64,000 nucleotides of DNA from the NCBI RefSeq assembly GCF_001194135.2, contig NC_068994.1, positions 52,672,102 to 52,736,101 of the forward strand. Direction: 5' to 3'. Positions 9,090 through 23,668 of this stretch are shown one piece after another. The translations under genes and the position numbers were made by a program. Position 1 is the first letter of the stretch. Each line of letters begins with the position of its first letter. The notes under the pieces were generated by a model. It worked only from the letters and a program-made list of their open reading frames with translations, was not told where the DNA came from and made no database searches. The stretch comes from Octopus bimaculoides (Eukaryota).

Positions 9090-12000
9090 GTGTCGGCCTT
9101 GGAGTTTTCTGTTATCAGTAGTATATTTCATATTTCCCTATGTTAATCTTTAATTGTACCAAGGCCCCTTTGAGAGTCAGAAAGAAACTATTCTCAGTGT
9201 CAGAATATGAAAAAGTGTTTCCAAGCCACATGTTTTTTAAAAACGTCGTACAACAAGCTAGAAAGGTTATTGACTTTCACATTTTTCTGACAGATTACGA
9301 GATTCTATTCATTTGTGAGTGCTAAGAAAATAGTGATTTATACGCAAAGGTTACCGGGAAGATATAATTTCTTCAAATTAATTGAAACAGCTGACCTTAC
9401 TAAATATATTTATGATACAGTAGTTCAAAATTAATTTAAATAAAACGATTTGTCACATTGACAGAATTTCAAAAATTTATAGACAAAGATTACAGTCGGT
9501 TGAGTTATCCACGGTATACGGCTATTAATTATGTTATTGATTCAAGATGAAAGGAAAATAGAAATAACGTCAAATCAGATAAGGTTTTTGCTAACAATTT
9601 CGACGGATAATTCACAGTCTGTCTGCGTACATTGTCGCTCGTTGAGCAGTTTCTTCAGTAGCAACGACCGAAGAAATGATTTCAATTTAAAATGCTACAA
9701 TCTAAGGATTATTGGGTGATGAATTCATTATACTGGTAAATCTATAAAATGGCGGACATCTGCTGGATTATACCATGACAGTGTTGTATAAAAATTAAGT
9801 GTCAATAGCAGAAATATAAGGATGCAACTATAAAATTCTTACTGTCAGCTTGTTTAAGGTGTATCAGATGTCGGTGAGGATGGAGTCAAGTGGTTACGAG
9901 TTTCAGCTTCTACTCATGAAATAACTTGCTGAGGTGCCTACACTACAGGTCTCGTTTGACTCGAGGCCCAAACATTACACAAAATTTTATTTGAAATGTC
10001 AAATCAATGTCAACGTTCGGACTTAATTCTGGGAATTTATGATCGAAATACTTTAAGAGACGATAGCATTGGGACAGATAATTTTATCTGATTTGTTTTA
10101 AAAAGTAAAACTCTTTATCAAAAGCCACTGTTGGGTGTAAAATTCTTAAATTTATTTGAAGTATGCAGCTACGTTCACCTTTAATGTTAGTGTATGTACA
10201 GAGAAAACCTAAAAATATGTTTTCTAGTAAACACCAAGCGAGATTTTTAAATCTATTGAGAGGGTTTTATCAGTGTTATTTTGCTCTCTCATAGTATTGT
10301 AGACCAAATCCTCACCACGGGAACTGCATAATATCTTTGGTAGTCTTGACGTAGGACATCGTCCTTTAGTTTGCCGCTCTTTCATAAAATTTTAACGGAA
10401 AATAAAGCATTTTCTTTGTAGCCGATGCTATCTCTTATAGCATTACCACTGAGCCAGCAACTTTATTCAGATATCATTTGATGACGATTTTATATCAGAT
10501 TTATGAGCAACCAATTATACAACATCCACATTTCGGCACGTATCACGTGTCGCAACCAACTTTCCTGAAGCGTGTCATGACTACCCCAATGGGCATTTAA
10601 TTATTTTACGTCAAACATTGAGTGTGTTGGTGTCATAAAATTATAAAAGATTTACAATACTCCTCAGTACACTTTGAATTTGTGGGTCGGAAACGCCTGA
10701 GAGGGAATAACAAATCAAGCGTTTCCGCGGATCAGAGGAGACTATAGCAGCTATACAATGAGCAGAGTGTGGAGATATCGCACTGTGGGTAAGAGCATGG
10801 GACGTCTCTCAGCGACAGTAAGGAAATCAGGCGAATGGTATTTTTACGGACGCCGTCCGGATGGCTCATTTCAAATAGCAATCAGAGAATATAGCGAAGT
10901 GGCAATGTAACAAACTTTTTGAATTCTAAATTGCTGATTATAGGTGGCATTCACAAGCTATAATGACGTGATACTCTGACAAGCATTAAATAGATTTAGA
11001 CGATTCATTACATCTGTGAATGACAGGACAGAGAAGTTTAGCTGTGTAGCAAGGAGGAACTATCTCCGTGATAGTAGTTACAAATAGTAATCTTATGAGG
11101 CTTATGACTCACTGACTATATTCTAAGGTTATTGATTATACGAGAAAATCACTGAATCCGGTATGGCAAGATTCGTCCTTACGTCAGACTTCTTCAAACG
11201 ACTTGTTACATATAGAAATACGAAATCAATCAACACGTATTTAATCTTAATTAGGTAATAATTTATTGTACGTAACGAAATGAAATATAGTTCGACGGAG
11301 AAATGAACTTGCATTGTAAATCTACTTTACCTCCAGTGTACAAGTAATGTACATGATAAAGATATTTTACGAAAGTAACTGCATACATAAAACGATTGGA
11401 TAGTTTGGCTAAGTTAATAGTGTTCTGCAAGCTGATATATATCATGAGGAAAATGACAACTACGTGAGTTTCATATCACAAGAAACGACAAAATCATTTT
11501 ATTGAACGCATATCTGGAACACCTCCATTAATATCAAGTAGGTATTCACGAGATGTTACAATGAATTCAATAATTCTCGATTAAAGATCTAGTGCTTCTC
11601 AAGATAATTAAATTCAACAACGAATAAACAGGGAAGACAAGTTTATAAGCAGAGTATATTTGTGTGAAGCAGGAATAATCTTCACAGAAAGAATAATCTA
11701 CTGGCGCAATAAGTCCGTAATTCAATCAAAGTTTCCGTTTGTTTTATCAAGATCTACATTTGGATGGGAAATGTTAGCTAATGACAAGCAATACCAATAC
11801 AACCACACATACAGACACAAGCAAGAGTCATGTACGAAGAAGCACAGAATGTCTCTGAGAAAATTCCATATAGTTTTAGTCACTTAGCCAATTATATACG
11901 GAGCAATACTTAGACACAATCAATAGCACTTATATTTGTGTGTAGAGAGATGCATTTGACATTGTATTCAGTTATGTCGATCTGAAAATATGAACATATA

Positions 12001-12129
12001 TTGAAATAGGAAAATATCTCTTGGAGATGATCAACACTGGTTGATCTATATTTCACTCTCACCCCCTCTCCCTCATTCTATCTTTTTCTTTTTTTTTCTT
12101 TCGTTTCTTCCTTTGCACANNNNNNNNNN

Positions 12130-12181
<52 letters not shown>

Positions 12182-12362
12182 ATGTAGATAAATATTCAAT
12201 TTACATATATATTATCCACATTACATACACACGCATATATATGAGTATGTATATATACATATATATATACAATGTAATGATAGCGAATACGCAAAGCCTC
12301 ATATTTTCTCTCTCATAAATAATTGCATTCGTTGTTATTACATTGCAGCTGCATGCACTGTA

Positions 12363-12720
12363 GGTTCAGGAGTGGCTTACCAATCACGTGATTCCAGGTT
12401 CATTCTTACTTCGTGTCGCCTTGGGCAAGTGTATTCTACCATAGCTTCGGGCCGACCAAATCCTTGTGAGTGGATTTTTAGACGGAAACTTCAAGAGCCT
12501 GTCGTATATATATATATATATATGTTTGTGGGTCTATGTTTGGCCCCCACTATCGCTTGATAACTGATGGTGGTGTGTTTACGTTTACGTAATTTAGCCG
12601 TTCGGCAAAAGTGACTGTTAGTATAAGTAATAGCCTTACAGAAGTAAGTCCTGTCGGTTTGTTTGACTAAAGGCGGTACTCCAGCATGGCCGCTGTCAAA
12701 TGACTGAAACAAATAAAAGA
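12363..12720 (+). mobile_element. SINE family A, near full length (small deletion in the head)
   Basis: Colinear with 6624-7337; internal (TA)n at about 12506-12521. Confidence 0.9.
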
Positions 12721-13773
12721 ATATATATGTATATATATATATACATATGTCTGTGTGTGTGATGGAGGAGAAACAGAGTAAAGACGTAGAGATTTAGAAA
12801 TACACGCCATAAATTTGTTTGTTCATTATTTTCATATGTTTACAAAATTAGCGTGCTCAATAAAGTCCGACGCTGGAAATATGTAAAGTCTGCGAACGTG
12901 TAATTTAGATATACAAAGCATCCACTCAGACATAAACTCGTTAACATAATCAGAAAACGTTTGTGTTTGTAAACATGACAAGAACTTTTTACGAGATAAT
13001 CAGAAACACTTACAGCGACGTTTTACACGAAAATAAAATAGAGACAGTACAGAGAAGGAAATCAATATAGAAGCACAGTATATAGAAGTAACTTCCAGAG
13101 CACAGAGAAAAAAATAGCTTTTATCACCTTCGAAGATCATATAAACACTTCTCGAGCCTACTCCGGTAGATTTGGTTTATTCTGTCGAGACAAAACCGAA
13201 CTGTTTCTAATTTTCTTTCTATTGTATACGTTATAGATACGCTATGTGCTTAGAAAAGCGCGGGAAAACATATAATGTGTTATATATAATCTATAATATG
13301 ATATATATGATATAATATATCTATAATATGATATATATAAATATATATATACATAGATACATACAATGCAAGACAAAATTTGAAGCCATTACGTACACTA
13401 TGTCTTGTAACTTTTGGCTTTATAAAAAAATAATTAAAATGCATTTATATATATATATATATATATGTATGTATGAATGAAAAATGGATGTATGAACGTA
13501 TGAAAAAGAAACAAATGAAATTCAACATACACCCAGACTATATCAATATTCTCAAATCAAAAGTTACATGGTAATAGTATGTGACCCCAGGAATGTCAAC
13601 ATATAATTTTGGGGGATTAAAACAATGGTTCACCGATAGAATAAGTACTAAGCTCACAAAGAATGAATCCTAGGATCAATTTGTTCAACTACAGGCGAGA
13701 CATGTAAAACAAGAAACATGACGTTTTAATCACGTGCATCATCGGGTATCTCTGCTAGTCTATTATCTATCTA

Positions 13774-13833
<60 letters not shown>

Positions 13834-14064
13834 GGCTATACTATGAGATCCCAGGAGTGTCGACGAGTAATTTGCTTGGTTCAAAATAATGCATCATTGA
13901 CACTCGTTCCGTATTAGGTCTCAAACCCCTAAGAATAAAAGTGAAACCCTCGACAGAGCAAGTTATAAATAGATTCCGTTATATTGTTTCACTTTTAACA
14001 CTTTCATTTTAGTCTTCTCACTTACTGTTATGGAATAGAGATGTCATATGACAATTAGAACAAT

Positions 14065-14144
14065 AGACACTTGACCAAGGGGCCATGCAGTGGGACTGAA
14101 GCTGGAACTATGTGCTTGGGAACCAAGCTTTTTACTACACAGCC
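14065..14144 (-). mobile_element. SINE family A head fragment
   Basis: agacacttgaccaagg..ccatgcagtgggactgaa..ggaactatgtg..tactacacagcca is the reverse complement of the family A head. Confidence 0.7.
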
Positions 14145-15672
14145 AAACCTATACACACCTCCACAGACGCGCACACTGACACACATATATATCTACATAT
14201 ATAAATATATAAATATATACATATTTGCATACACACACATATATATGTATATATATATTTATGTGTGTATGTATATGTATATATATATACACACACACAC
14301 ACACATACATACAGGGAGAGATGGAAAGGGAGAAAGATAGTTGTAGTTAAGAAATAATGTGATCCGTTTGTGCAGTTCTGTCCTTTATAGAAAAATAACC
14401 ATACACTGAATTTATTAGCCATCATATGTTAGGGTCGACGTTAAATACCGACAACACTATTGAATTTCATTGAATGGACTTCAGATGTACTACATAGAGA
14501 GACCGTTTGATCTAACTCTCACACGCACGCAGTGTATTATAAAATATTATTATTCTCAAAACCTTTAACATCAATGTATTAATTTTCGTGTTATATTTTA
14601 TGCTAACATTGTTGTTATGTTATGTGTACACCATTTCTTTTTTTTTTTTTTACTTCAGTTCAAAGAATTATCTCTTATAGAAGTGCACCAATGAATGTCA
14701 GAATTATATTAAAGATCTTCGAATTTGCACTAAAAGTTCGTATATTATCATCCTAGGGAGAATTCCGCTGTTTGCTCTATGACAGCTTACATTTAATGTG
14801 CCCAACTGAATGACTGTGTTTCAATATTGCCTTGCGAAATGAATTACGTTTGTACAAATAGTTACAGGAAACCGAGAACAATTATACACAGGTACACACA
14901 CGCGCGCGCGCGCAAATGCCTCAAATACTGACGTGACTGAAAGTTAACATTTTTGTTGTAAGTGTGACAAGATTTTCAGGTTCGAAATTCTAACAATTCC
15001 TCTCAAAGTGCCATCCTCGACGAGGTTCATAATAATAATTCTTAGCATTTCTTAGAATTAAAATTATTCCATGATTTAAATGAAGAATTGATAAATACTT
15101 AAAAGTGTAAAACTTTCCTTATCACACATATGTATGTGTAGATTTAGCGTATAATAAAAACGGAAGTATATTAAGATATAATTAGCATTCTTCTGACTTA
15201 ATATATTTGCTGTGATTCATCTCTTCGCTCATATATTATCATGACAGGAAATGGATTATAATAACTATATTCTCAAGTTAACTCTCAGGAATTATTAATA
15301 ATAGGTTGTCAATTAAATAACTTGAATTAATAACCATCATAATCAAAATTTCCCCTCTAGTTTGTAAGAAGAATTTCTACAATCACCGAACAATTTTTCA
15401 ATTCAACGTTGTAGATATTTTATTAATGCTTTGTTTGATTCACCGATTCCGTATTAAATTAGTTGCATATCTGCTTTTATCTTTTCACAAAATGACAAAT
15501 AATTGACGTTAATTATAGAGTACTGAAAGTGAAATTTCAATGTTTATTGCTAAAGCATGAGAATGCCGGTTCAAGCAGATGGATATTGCAAGGTATACTC
15601 ACTGATAGGATCTCATATTTTTTAGAGGAAAGTATGATAACAGTTTGTAAAAAGGTCTGATGCAATGAAGAT

Positions 15673-15885
15673 GGCGTGCTGGCAGAATCACTACCGCGTC
15701 GGACAACATACTTAGCGGCATTTCTTCCAGTTTTATACTCTGCGTTCAAATGTTAACGAGGTCTATTTGGCTTTTCCTTCTTCGGGGTCGATAAAATAAG
15801 TACCAGCTTAGCAGGGGGATCCATGTAATTTACTACAACCCATCGCCCAGCAAAACTTTCAGGCCTTGTGTCTAGTGTAGAGACA
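15673..15885 (+). mobile_element. SINE family B, degenerate
   Basis: ggcgtgctggcagaatc..cttagcggcatttc..ggggtcgataaaataagtacc..aggccttgtg. Confidence 0.8.
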
Positions 15886-16589
15886 GGGTCATTTGAATGA
15901 GAAGAGTCTTGCTATTTCACGTGGCACTAAGGGACATGAAGATTCACCAAAGTGCTCATGATTAGATTCAGGGTGGAAATGGTACAGGACATACATATAA
16001 CATTATATTCAGTTTTAATATCGAATTCATTAACCTCTCCGTAATTAACTATCAGCGTTATAATAAATTTGATTACATAGTAACTTACTAACTAACATCG
16101 TGAACGACACCTGATATAGGTATTAATAATAGTAATTTCAATAATTTCAATTAATAACCGTCTTACGATGCGGAAGTTGAGATTTGTTTAACTAATCGAT
16201 ATTCGTAATCTGTCATTGCATTTATATCAGTGTTAACAATATTTCGCTGTTATTGTTCAACACATCAACATCAATGCTAGAGAATAATGAAGTCCTTAGT
16301 GAACTTGCTGCAATCAATTAGTTACACAATATCTCTGCTATAATTAACATTGCATGAAAAGAGCAGATACATTCTTGACTAATTAAAGTTTATACATTCA
16401 CACGAGAACTCGCACACGTTTTTACATACATTATATGGCGGAAATTGAGGTAGAAATATCGATATTTTAATTAAACCGAAAATTGTAAAAGAAAAATATT
16501 TGGCTGTTAATAAACGTTTGCAAAGTATTTTCTATAGATAAACAATCGTTTAGAAACATAGACACATAAACTCATACACACGTACACGC

Positions 16590-16718
16590 ATATATGTATG
16601 AAAGAAATATATATATATGCATATATGTTTATTTATGTATGTATGTATATATGCGTGTGTATATATATGTACATATGTATCAATATATCAATGTATATAT
16701 GCATATATATTTATGTAC

Positions 16719-16757
<39 letters not shown>

Positions 16758-17188
16758 TCCTTCTCTTTCGTCCTCGTCTTCATCTTTATATTCTTCTTCT
16801 CTTTCTTCGCTTGCTTCTTCTTCTTGTTCTTTAAGTACACACACAGGCACACACACACACAAGCACAAGTACACACATGCACAAATACATAGACACACAC
16901 GTACAGTTTGTGAGACTTCATCCTTAATCAGGAGAGTGTGATGTTCTCAAGCTCAATAAAAGAACTTTGTTCAGTTGCTTACACTTAATAAAATTTCCCG
17001 ATTTCGATGCAATTTATACCAGCCCGATTAATTCTGAACAGAACAGAAGAAAGAGATGCAAATCTCAAATTCTTTTATCTTCCTCACGTCCTTTCTCTCG
17101 TCTTTTTTATTCTCACAGGCCAGCTTCTTGTATACATACATACATACATACATACATACATGCATGCATACATACATACGTATACGTT

Positions 17189-17242
<54 letters not shown>

Positions 17243-17407
17243 TGTGTGTGCGTGTGTGTGTGTGAGTGTCTGTGTGCGCGCGCGTGGATGTGTTTGTATG
17301 TATGTACGCATCTCATTAATAACAGTATATTTTTCTCTAAGTTTCCAACAAGTTAACTATTAGTACATTTATTTATAGATACTTTATTGTACAGTATAAT
17401 AGTAGTA

Positions 17408-17480
<73 letters not shown>

Positions 17481-17500
17481 ATATATACATACATACATAC
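16590..17500. repeat. Compound microsatellite cluster (TA, TATG, CATA, TG, AAT)
   Basis: Visible simple-repeat tracts with short unique spacers. Confidence 0.85.
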
Positions 17501-19539
17501 ATACAACCTTGAAAAGAGGAAAACGGGTTAAGAGTAACAATATCACACTAGATAAAGCAAATGAAATAAGAGAATTAGACCAAAGCCAGGCATACAAATA
17601 TTTAGTAACCAATGAACTAAATACGATACAACACACACACAAATGAAACAGAAGATAAGAAAGGAATACTATAGACGATTTAGATTAATAACAAAATCGG
17701 CATTATACAAACATGTAGCATAGAACAAATAGAACTAGGATTTCATAACGGAAAAACGTAAGTCAACTGAATCAATAAATGTAAACCTGCATTTTATGAT
17801 TGATTGTTTTTATTGGGCGATGGGCGACATTATAATGAGGTATCACAATATATTCGGGATGTCATGTCGAAATTTATATGAGAAACAAAAGGAAATGAGA
17901 AGCAGGTAATTAAAGAAAATATATGTTTATATGCTTTCTCAAATGGTGACATCCATCTAAAAGAGGAATCTTTTGTGTAAATGTACAAGAAAAAAAGCTT
18001 CAAACACTTACAAACCGGATAAAGAGTTCCCCTTTTTCGCATATGTAAAGAGATCTAAAGTAATACATTGTTGGACCGTGATGGACCGCCTTCTCAGACG
18101 ATAATATATCTATGTTCAATGTGTAGTAAGTGACGCATATAAAGATTTGAAAGTCGAGAGAAAAGTGGCCTGAGGAAGGGAAACGATAACAATTCTTATA
18201 ACAACACTCATGCGAATGACAGAAACGTCGACAAATACCAGACCAATACGCATTCAGAAAAACATCTGATCATCACACTTTTGAGATAGAACACAGCTAG
18301 ATTCTTCACACTTATTGTGAAGAATGTTCTCAGTACAATACAACCTACACAAAACAGTAAATACCCACGATGGACATAACCGCTTTCGAAATTGCTATGA
18401 GCGGTTGCAATAAAATGAAAGTTGCTGAAATATCACAATACAGAAAGTAAATTGTTTAAACAAAATAATACAATATAAAACTAAATAATTTATTTTATTA
18501 TATTTTATTTATGTTCGAAATTCATCTCGTTTCGCTTTAGCATCTTTTATTTACGATGTTTTGTGTTTCGATCAGATTGTAGATAAATATTAATCGTATG
18601 GCATACCGTGTAGAGAAAATAACGTTGGCCGCTATCCTGGTTATTGTTTGTAAGAGCAATTATTTATTTAATTGGCATTTAAATTTTAGTGTTATTGTTG
18701 CAAATGGTGTTGGTTGAGAGAGAAACGTGAGAAGAGAATTCTGTGTTTTATGGTTGCAAAAGTGTTTTTATTCAAACGGCGTCGGTCGAGTTGACATTAT
18801 GGCTGACAGCCAGTCGAATTGTTATCCACATTACAGGTGCTATGGAAGACAGTTTAGTAAAACCGCTATAAATCGAAGAAAATTGCCGCCATACCCAACT
18901 TCACATATCACTCGTCTTGTACTCTCCGACAAGAACGTATACTCTTGTATTTATGTTACGGCTAAAATTGTAACAAATACCGAGAAAATTGCTATTGCTG
19001 ACGATTTAGCATTTCATTCAGTCAAGGTTTACAAAACAAGAGTGTATCTAATATTCGGAGCAACGTAGTCTACAATAACATTCAACAATGATGCGCAACC
19101 TTCTTCTTAAATTATGGCAGAAGTATTTTGCATCATATGTTCTGGCTCTTTACAACCTGAGTTCAAATCCCACCATGGTGAAATATACTATCCACACATT
19201 GTTGGCATGAATAGAAATTTGACATTCTTTTAGGATACAGTTAGAAGGAAATCACTTTTACGGACATGTAAGATTAATTTCAATGCTTCCGTTATTATCA
19301 ATGATTTCGTCTCGGTGGTTTACCTAGAAGAGGTTTGTGTGGAAGGCGACTGGCTTTACTTAAGGAATCCAAGAACTAATGGATTTGTCGTGAGCAGTGA
19401 TGTTTATTATAAATTTAAAAGTGGACGACTTTTGTCTAGATTCAGGTCTCTACATCCGTTGGCCTCTCTTCCATTGCCTCACACCGTGCGCACACACCTT
19501 CTTACACACTCAGACATTGTCATGCAATCAAGCAAAGAA

Positions 19540-19560
19540 ATCACATACACGAACATACAC

Positions 19561-19599
<39 letters not shown>

Positions 19600-19735
19600 T
19601 GTCTATGTAGAATATATATATATGCGTATTATGTATGCATATCTATACATAATTAAACTTAGTATACATATCCATTCACTAGTACACACAAACACACACA
19701 GACACGAACACACATACGCACGCACACACACACAT

Positions 19736-19789
<54 letters not shown>

Positions 19790-19790
19790 A
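19540..19790. repeat. (TA)n/(CA)n compound microsatellite
   Basis: Visible dinucleotide tracts. Confidence 0.9.
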
Positions 19791-20275
19791 CAACGCAGCG
19801 CAATGCAATCCACAAACGCAGGTCCGCCTACGTAAACACCCACAAACGATGTGTACTCAAATTCAAGCAGCATTTCGTATTATACAAACAGCAAGAGAAA
19901 AAGTACTACGGTCTGCAATGTCTCATGCAATGATCCACCGATATCACACAAATACGCTCAAAATATCGCCTCAATAGCATTCACTTTCCCTATTTTCAGC
20001 AACATACTTGACTTGTACATCACATCTACCATATTAAGTATCTAACGCACGACAGCTGTTCTATTTCCACCTTCCCTATTTAATCTTCGTTGTTTTCTCA
20101 TATTTCCTTAATCTCTCTCTGGCCAACAATAGCATTCTGAATAACCAAAACGTCAGAGATTCACATTTACTCGTCTATTTCCCCTGGCTTTCAACGTAAC
20201 TTTTATAGTTAAACCATCCTGTCATTGTGTTTGTTCTTTTGAGTTAACCAGCTCTCACAAACACATATATGTATC

Positions 20276-20319
<44 letters not shown>

Positions 20320-20344
20320 TATAATAATAATATTACTCTTTTCT

Positions 20345-20555
20345 CTCTTTTACTCTTTTACTTGTTTGAGTCATTTGACTGTGGCCATGCTAGAGCAGCG
20401 CCTTTAGTCGAGAAATCGACCCGAGGATTTATTTTTTGTAAGCCTAGAACTTATTCTATCTCTTTTGCTGAACCGCTAAGTTACGGGGACGTAAACACAC
20501 CAGCATCGGTTGTCAAGCGATGTTGGGGGGGGGGCAAACACAGACACACAAACGT
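20345..20555 (-). mobile_element. SINE family A 3' half
   Basis: tactcttttacttgtttgagtcatttgactgtggccatgc..ctaagttacggggacgtaaacacaccagcatcggttgtcaagcga is the reverse complement of the family A tail. Confidence 0.9.
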
Positions 20556-22667
20556 ATACACACACTTAAGGCTTTTCTGTGCAGTTTGTCTCGGGGATAA
20601 TAAATTTCGTTTATAACAAAACGCGTGTTACTACACCATTATCAGTTCAGAGTACTTCTACATGCATTTCGAATACATTAGTTCTTTTTTAGCAACTGCT
20701 AGTAACTAAAGCAAATTTCAGTTGATTTCTTTTTTATCGGAAATCAGTAACATTATCTAATCACGGGGCACATTGACCGCAAACCCAGGAGAAATGTACT
20801 GACTGTAGTGTTCTAACGCCTTTTGATCTAAGCAAGATTTTTTCTCCATGATTCGCACTAGTTAGAAGCCAATACAGATTTATATATGTTGCAAACGTAT
20901 TTGAACTGGTTTTATGTTTGTTAATATTGCGTGATATTTTCGCAAACCTACTTACATATACAGGTAAATGTTTATCATCAATCACTTATTTTAATTCTTA
21001 TTTTCTCTTAATCTTTTTCGTATCATTTTTCCATTTTGTATTTGGGATAATGTAGGTAAGAGAAGACGATGTTGCATACTGTCTTCAAAAAAGCAAATGG
21101 ATTTCGTGAATAAACAAAGAAATGTGATAACATAAATAAGAATCAAAACAGATCTAAGAAACAGAGAGGATATATTGTATTGAAGATTTCAGTGTAACGA
21201 GTCTACGTAGAAATATAAGACACATTACACATCATAGTTAATTTCAGATTGTAAATTGAACTCTCAAAGAATTTAAACTTTGCACTCTCCGTCGATCTCT
21301 AAAATCTAGAAAGCAATTTGCAGAACATGCCCTTTGGTGATAACATAGTTACTCTCAAGTTCCTTTTCGCATTTTTTTGGGACCCTTAAATCACAATTTG
21401 GAATTGTTCATGTTTCAGAAATCAAACTAAATATACTACAGAGATTTTTGAGTTTTATAAAGCTGAATGACTAGGAGAATGCTTGCAGTAAAATAGCTAG
21501 GCATAATGAATTAATTTTTATTCAAGCAACGATTTAATCAGTAGAGCGCAGCTTCTTGTCTTTGCAGCGATTTAAAATTCACTCTAGAAATTTTTGAAAA
21601 GTATGAAAACTTGCGAAGTTTCGCCTCTATCATTTTACAGCTAATTATTGCATAATGTTCAGAGACATCCGGAATTTTACTATAAAGTGAATGAGTTTTA
21701 CTTGTAAGCCAATAAGTAATCTATGCAGCAATGTCCAACATATTTATGTGTTAAATGAGTCATTAAAAATATTACTTTTCATACTGCATCTTAATTGACA
21801 TTCTACACTCACGGTTTCTTTATAGTCTTCCACGATATCCATCTCAACCACAACTTGCATATGCTAATATAACCTTATATCTACCATTGCTCGCTGTTGC
21901 AGACGCACATTTTACTGTATCACCGAACTAGTTATATGGTTCTAGAGCGGTTTACTGTAAGTTTGATAATAATATCCAGAATACGGAATTATATTTCAAA
22001 ATTTTGCAATTTCATACATCGATATAACTTTTAAAGATCGCGATGGCAAATTTCATTAGCTACTTCAAATACACCGAAATTAATCTTGCTAAAATTTACT
22101 CACGTATATTCACCAAACACTTCATCGATACTGGTATCCTTCAAGCAAAATAAAACCAATTCATCTATGATATAATAACAATGCTTGCCCATAAGGTGGG
22201 ATGAATAGCATGGACAATAAACAGGGCTTCAAACTCAAGCAATTCGATTTAATAGAATATCAACCCCTTTCAAACTAATACTTTTCTCCTCAGTTTTCGC
22301 ACATAACTTTGTACCAATGTAATAAATCCAACATAGGAATTACTATCCAAGCAAGGGAAGAATTCCTATTCTTTGGTAATTCATTCTAATTCATTTTGTG
22401 ATAAATTGAACTGATACAATTTGTCTAATAACTCCACTGAGTTGGACAAGATGTCGAATTATGCTAAATTATTAGCATTCTCTCAAATGATTTCATAGCT
22501 TGCATAACATAGGGGCCATTAGTCTCTCATAGGGTAAATGACTACGAATTGAATAGATTTAAAAGAGAGCTTACAAGTCTCTCTCGAAAACAGTAGAAAT
22601 AAAATTCAACGCAGAAATGTAGAAAAATTGTATAATATATAATATATATATATATATGTGTGTGTGT

Positions 22668-22945
22668 TTAGTGAGAATTTACAAAAAGAAAAAAAGACGA
22701 AGACGGGTGTATAAACAACAAACAGACGTATTAGCTTAACGCTCGGGAAGTGAGAAAGTCTTTTACGTTTCGAGCCTACGCTCTTCGACAGAAAGGAACA
22801 CAGAAATAAACAGGGATAGAAAATAGAAAAAAAAGTTTAGTGGTTAGCGATCTAACATGGCGAACGCCGGACAGAACGGTCACACAGGAGAGCTTGGAAG
22901 AAGGGGAGATAATTAAGTAGCGGTGCTCCCAAAACGAAGGTGCGC
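22668..22945 (-). mobile_element. Repeat carrying a hammerhead-like motif (probable Penelope-type terminal repeat)
   Basis: Homologous to 51615-51795 (shared ctcac..ccgagcgt.aag.taatac after the core). Minimal type I hammerheads are known from Penelope-like elements. Confidence 0.55.
22760..22795 (-). ncRNA. Minimal type I hammerhead ribozyme-like motif (core variant CUGUCGA)
   Basis: Minus strand CUUU-CUGUCGA-A-GAGC-GUAG-GCUC-GAAAC-GUA-AAAG: 4-bp stem I, 4-bp stem II, palindromic ACGU stem III, GUA cleavage triplet. A6 is replaced by U. Confidence 0.6.
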
Positions 22946-23089
22946 TTGCGTGTGTGTGTGTAGAGAGAGAGACAGACAAAGAGACAGAATAAGGATAGAG
23001 ACAGCCAGATAGATAAATAGAAATGTATACATATATATTACAGTTACTATATGTGTATGTATGCATGCCTGTATGTAAGAGTACTAAAT

Positions 23090-23254
23090 AATCCTTTTTA
23101 AGATAGACACACGGCCTGAAATTTTGGAGGATTACATCAACTCTGGTGTGTAACTGACACATATTTCATCGATCCCGAAAGAATGAAGGACAAAGTCAAC
23201 CTCAGAACGTAAGGACGAACCAAATACCGCTAACGACTCTACCAGCTCGCCGCC
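23090..23254 (-). mobile_element. SINE family B (internally deleted)
   Basis: ggcctgaaatt..atcgatcccgaaagaatgaagg.caaagtcaacctc..accagctcgccgcc. Confidence 0.8.
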
Positions 23255-23562
23255 TTAAACGTATTTAATAATGAAACTTAACTTTCATAATCGAAAGTAA
23301 GTTTAGTTTACTTAAGCTTTAACAAGTTACATAAAATTTAGATTCTAATAAATTTCTAAAAAAAAATGCATGTGTATTTTTAAATTCCAACTTTCATTCT
23401 GAAAAATGTTTGCGCCGACAATTTAAACCAACAAATGGATAATTCGTAGAAATTTTATAGCATCATTAATAATATTTCTATCTTGTATTTGGTGGGATGC
23501 AAACATTTAATTTAATTTAAATCATAAAGTGATTCTAAATCCGACGCGCCAATAATTTTGAC

Positions 23563-23574
23563 ATCATCGTCATC

Positions 23575-23619
<45 letters not shown>

Positions 23620-23626
23620 GTCATCG

Positions 23627-23665
<39 letters not shown>

Positions 23666-23668
23666 CCA
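23563..23668. repeat. (CAT)n microsatellite
   Basis: Trinucleotide run; source of the poly-D ORF in the track. Confidence 0.95.

Noticed and set aside
18301-18325. 10-bp perfect hairpin attcttcaca-cttat-tgtgaagaat
   Set aside because: AT-rich and short; expected occasionally by chance in 64 kb, with no supporting context.
18727-19068. 113-aa ORF in non-repetitive DNA
   Set aside because: Non-ATG start, no recognisable motif and no convincing splice sites; compatible with chance.
22100-22330. Possible hAT remnant on the minus strand (SPVYCPCYSSHL)
   Set aside because: Only a loose match to the CxxH motif, with no supporting neighbouring motifs.
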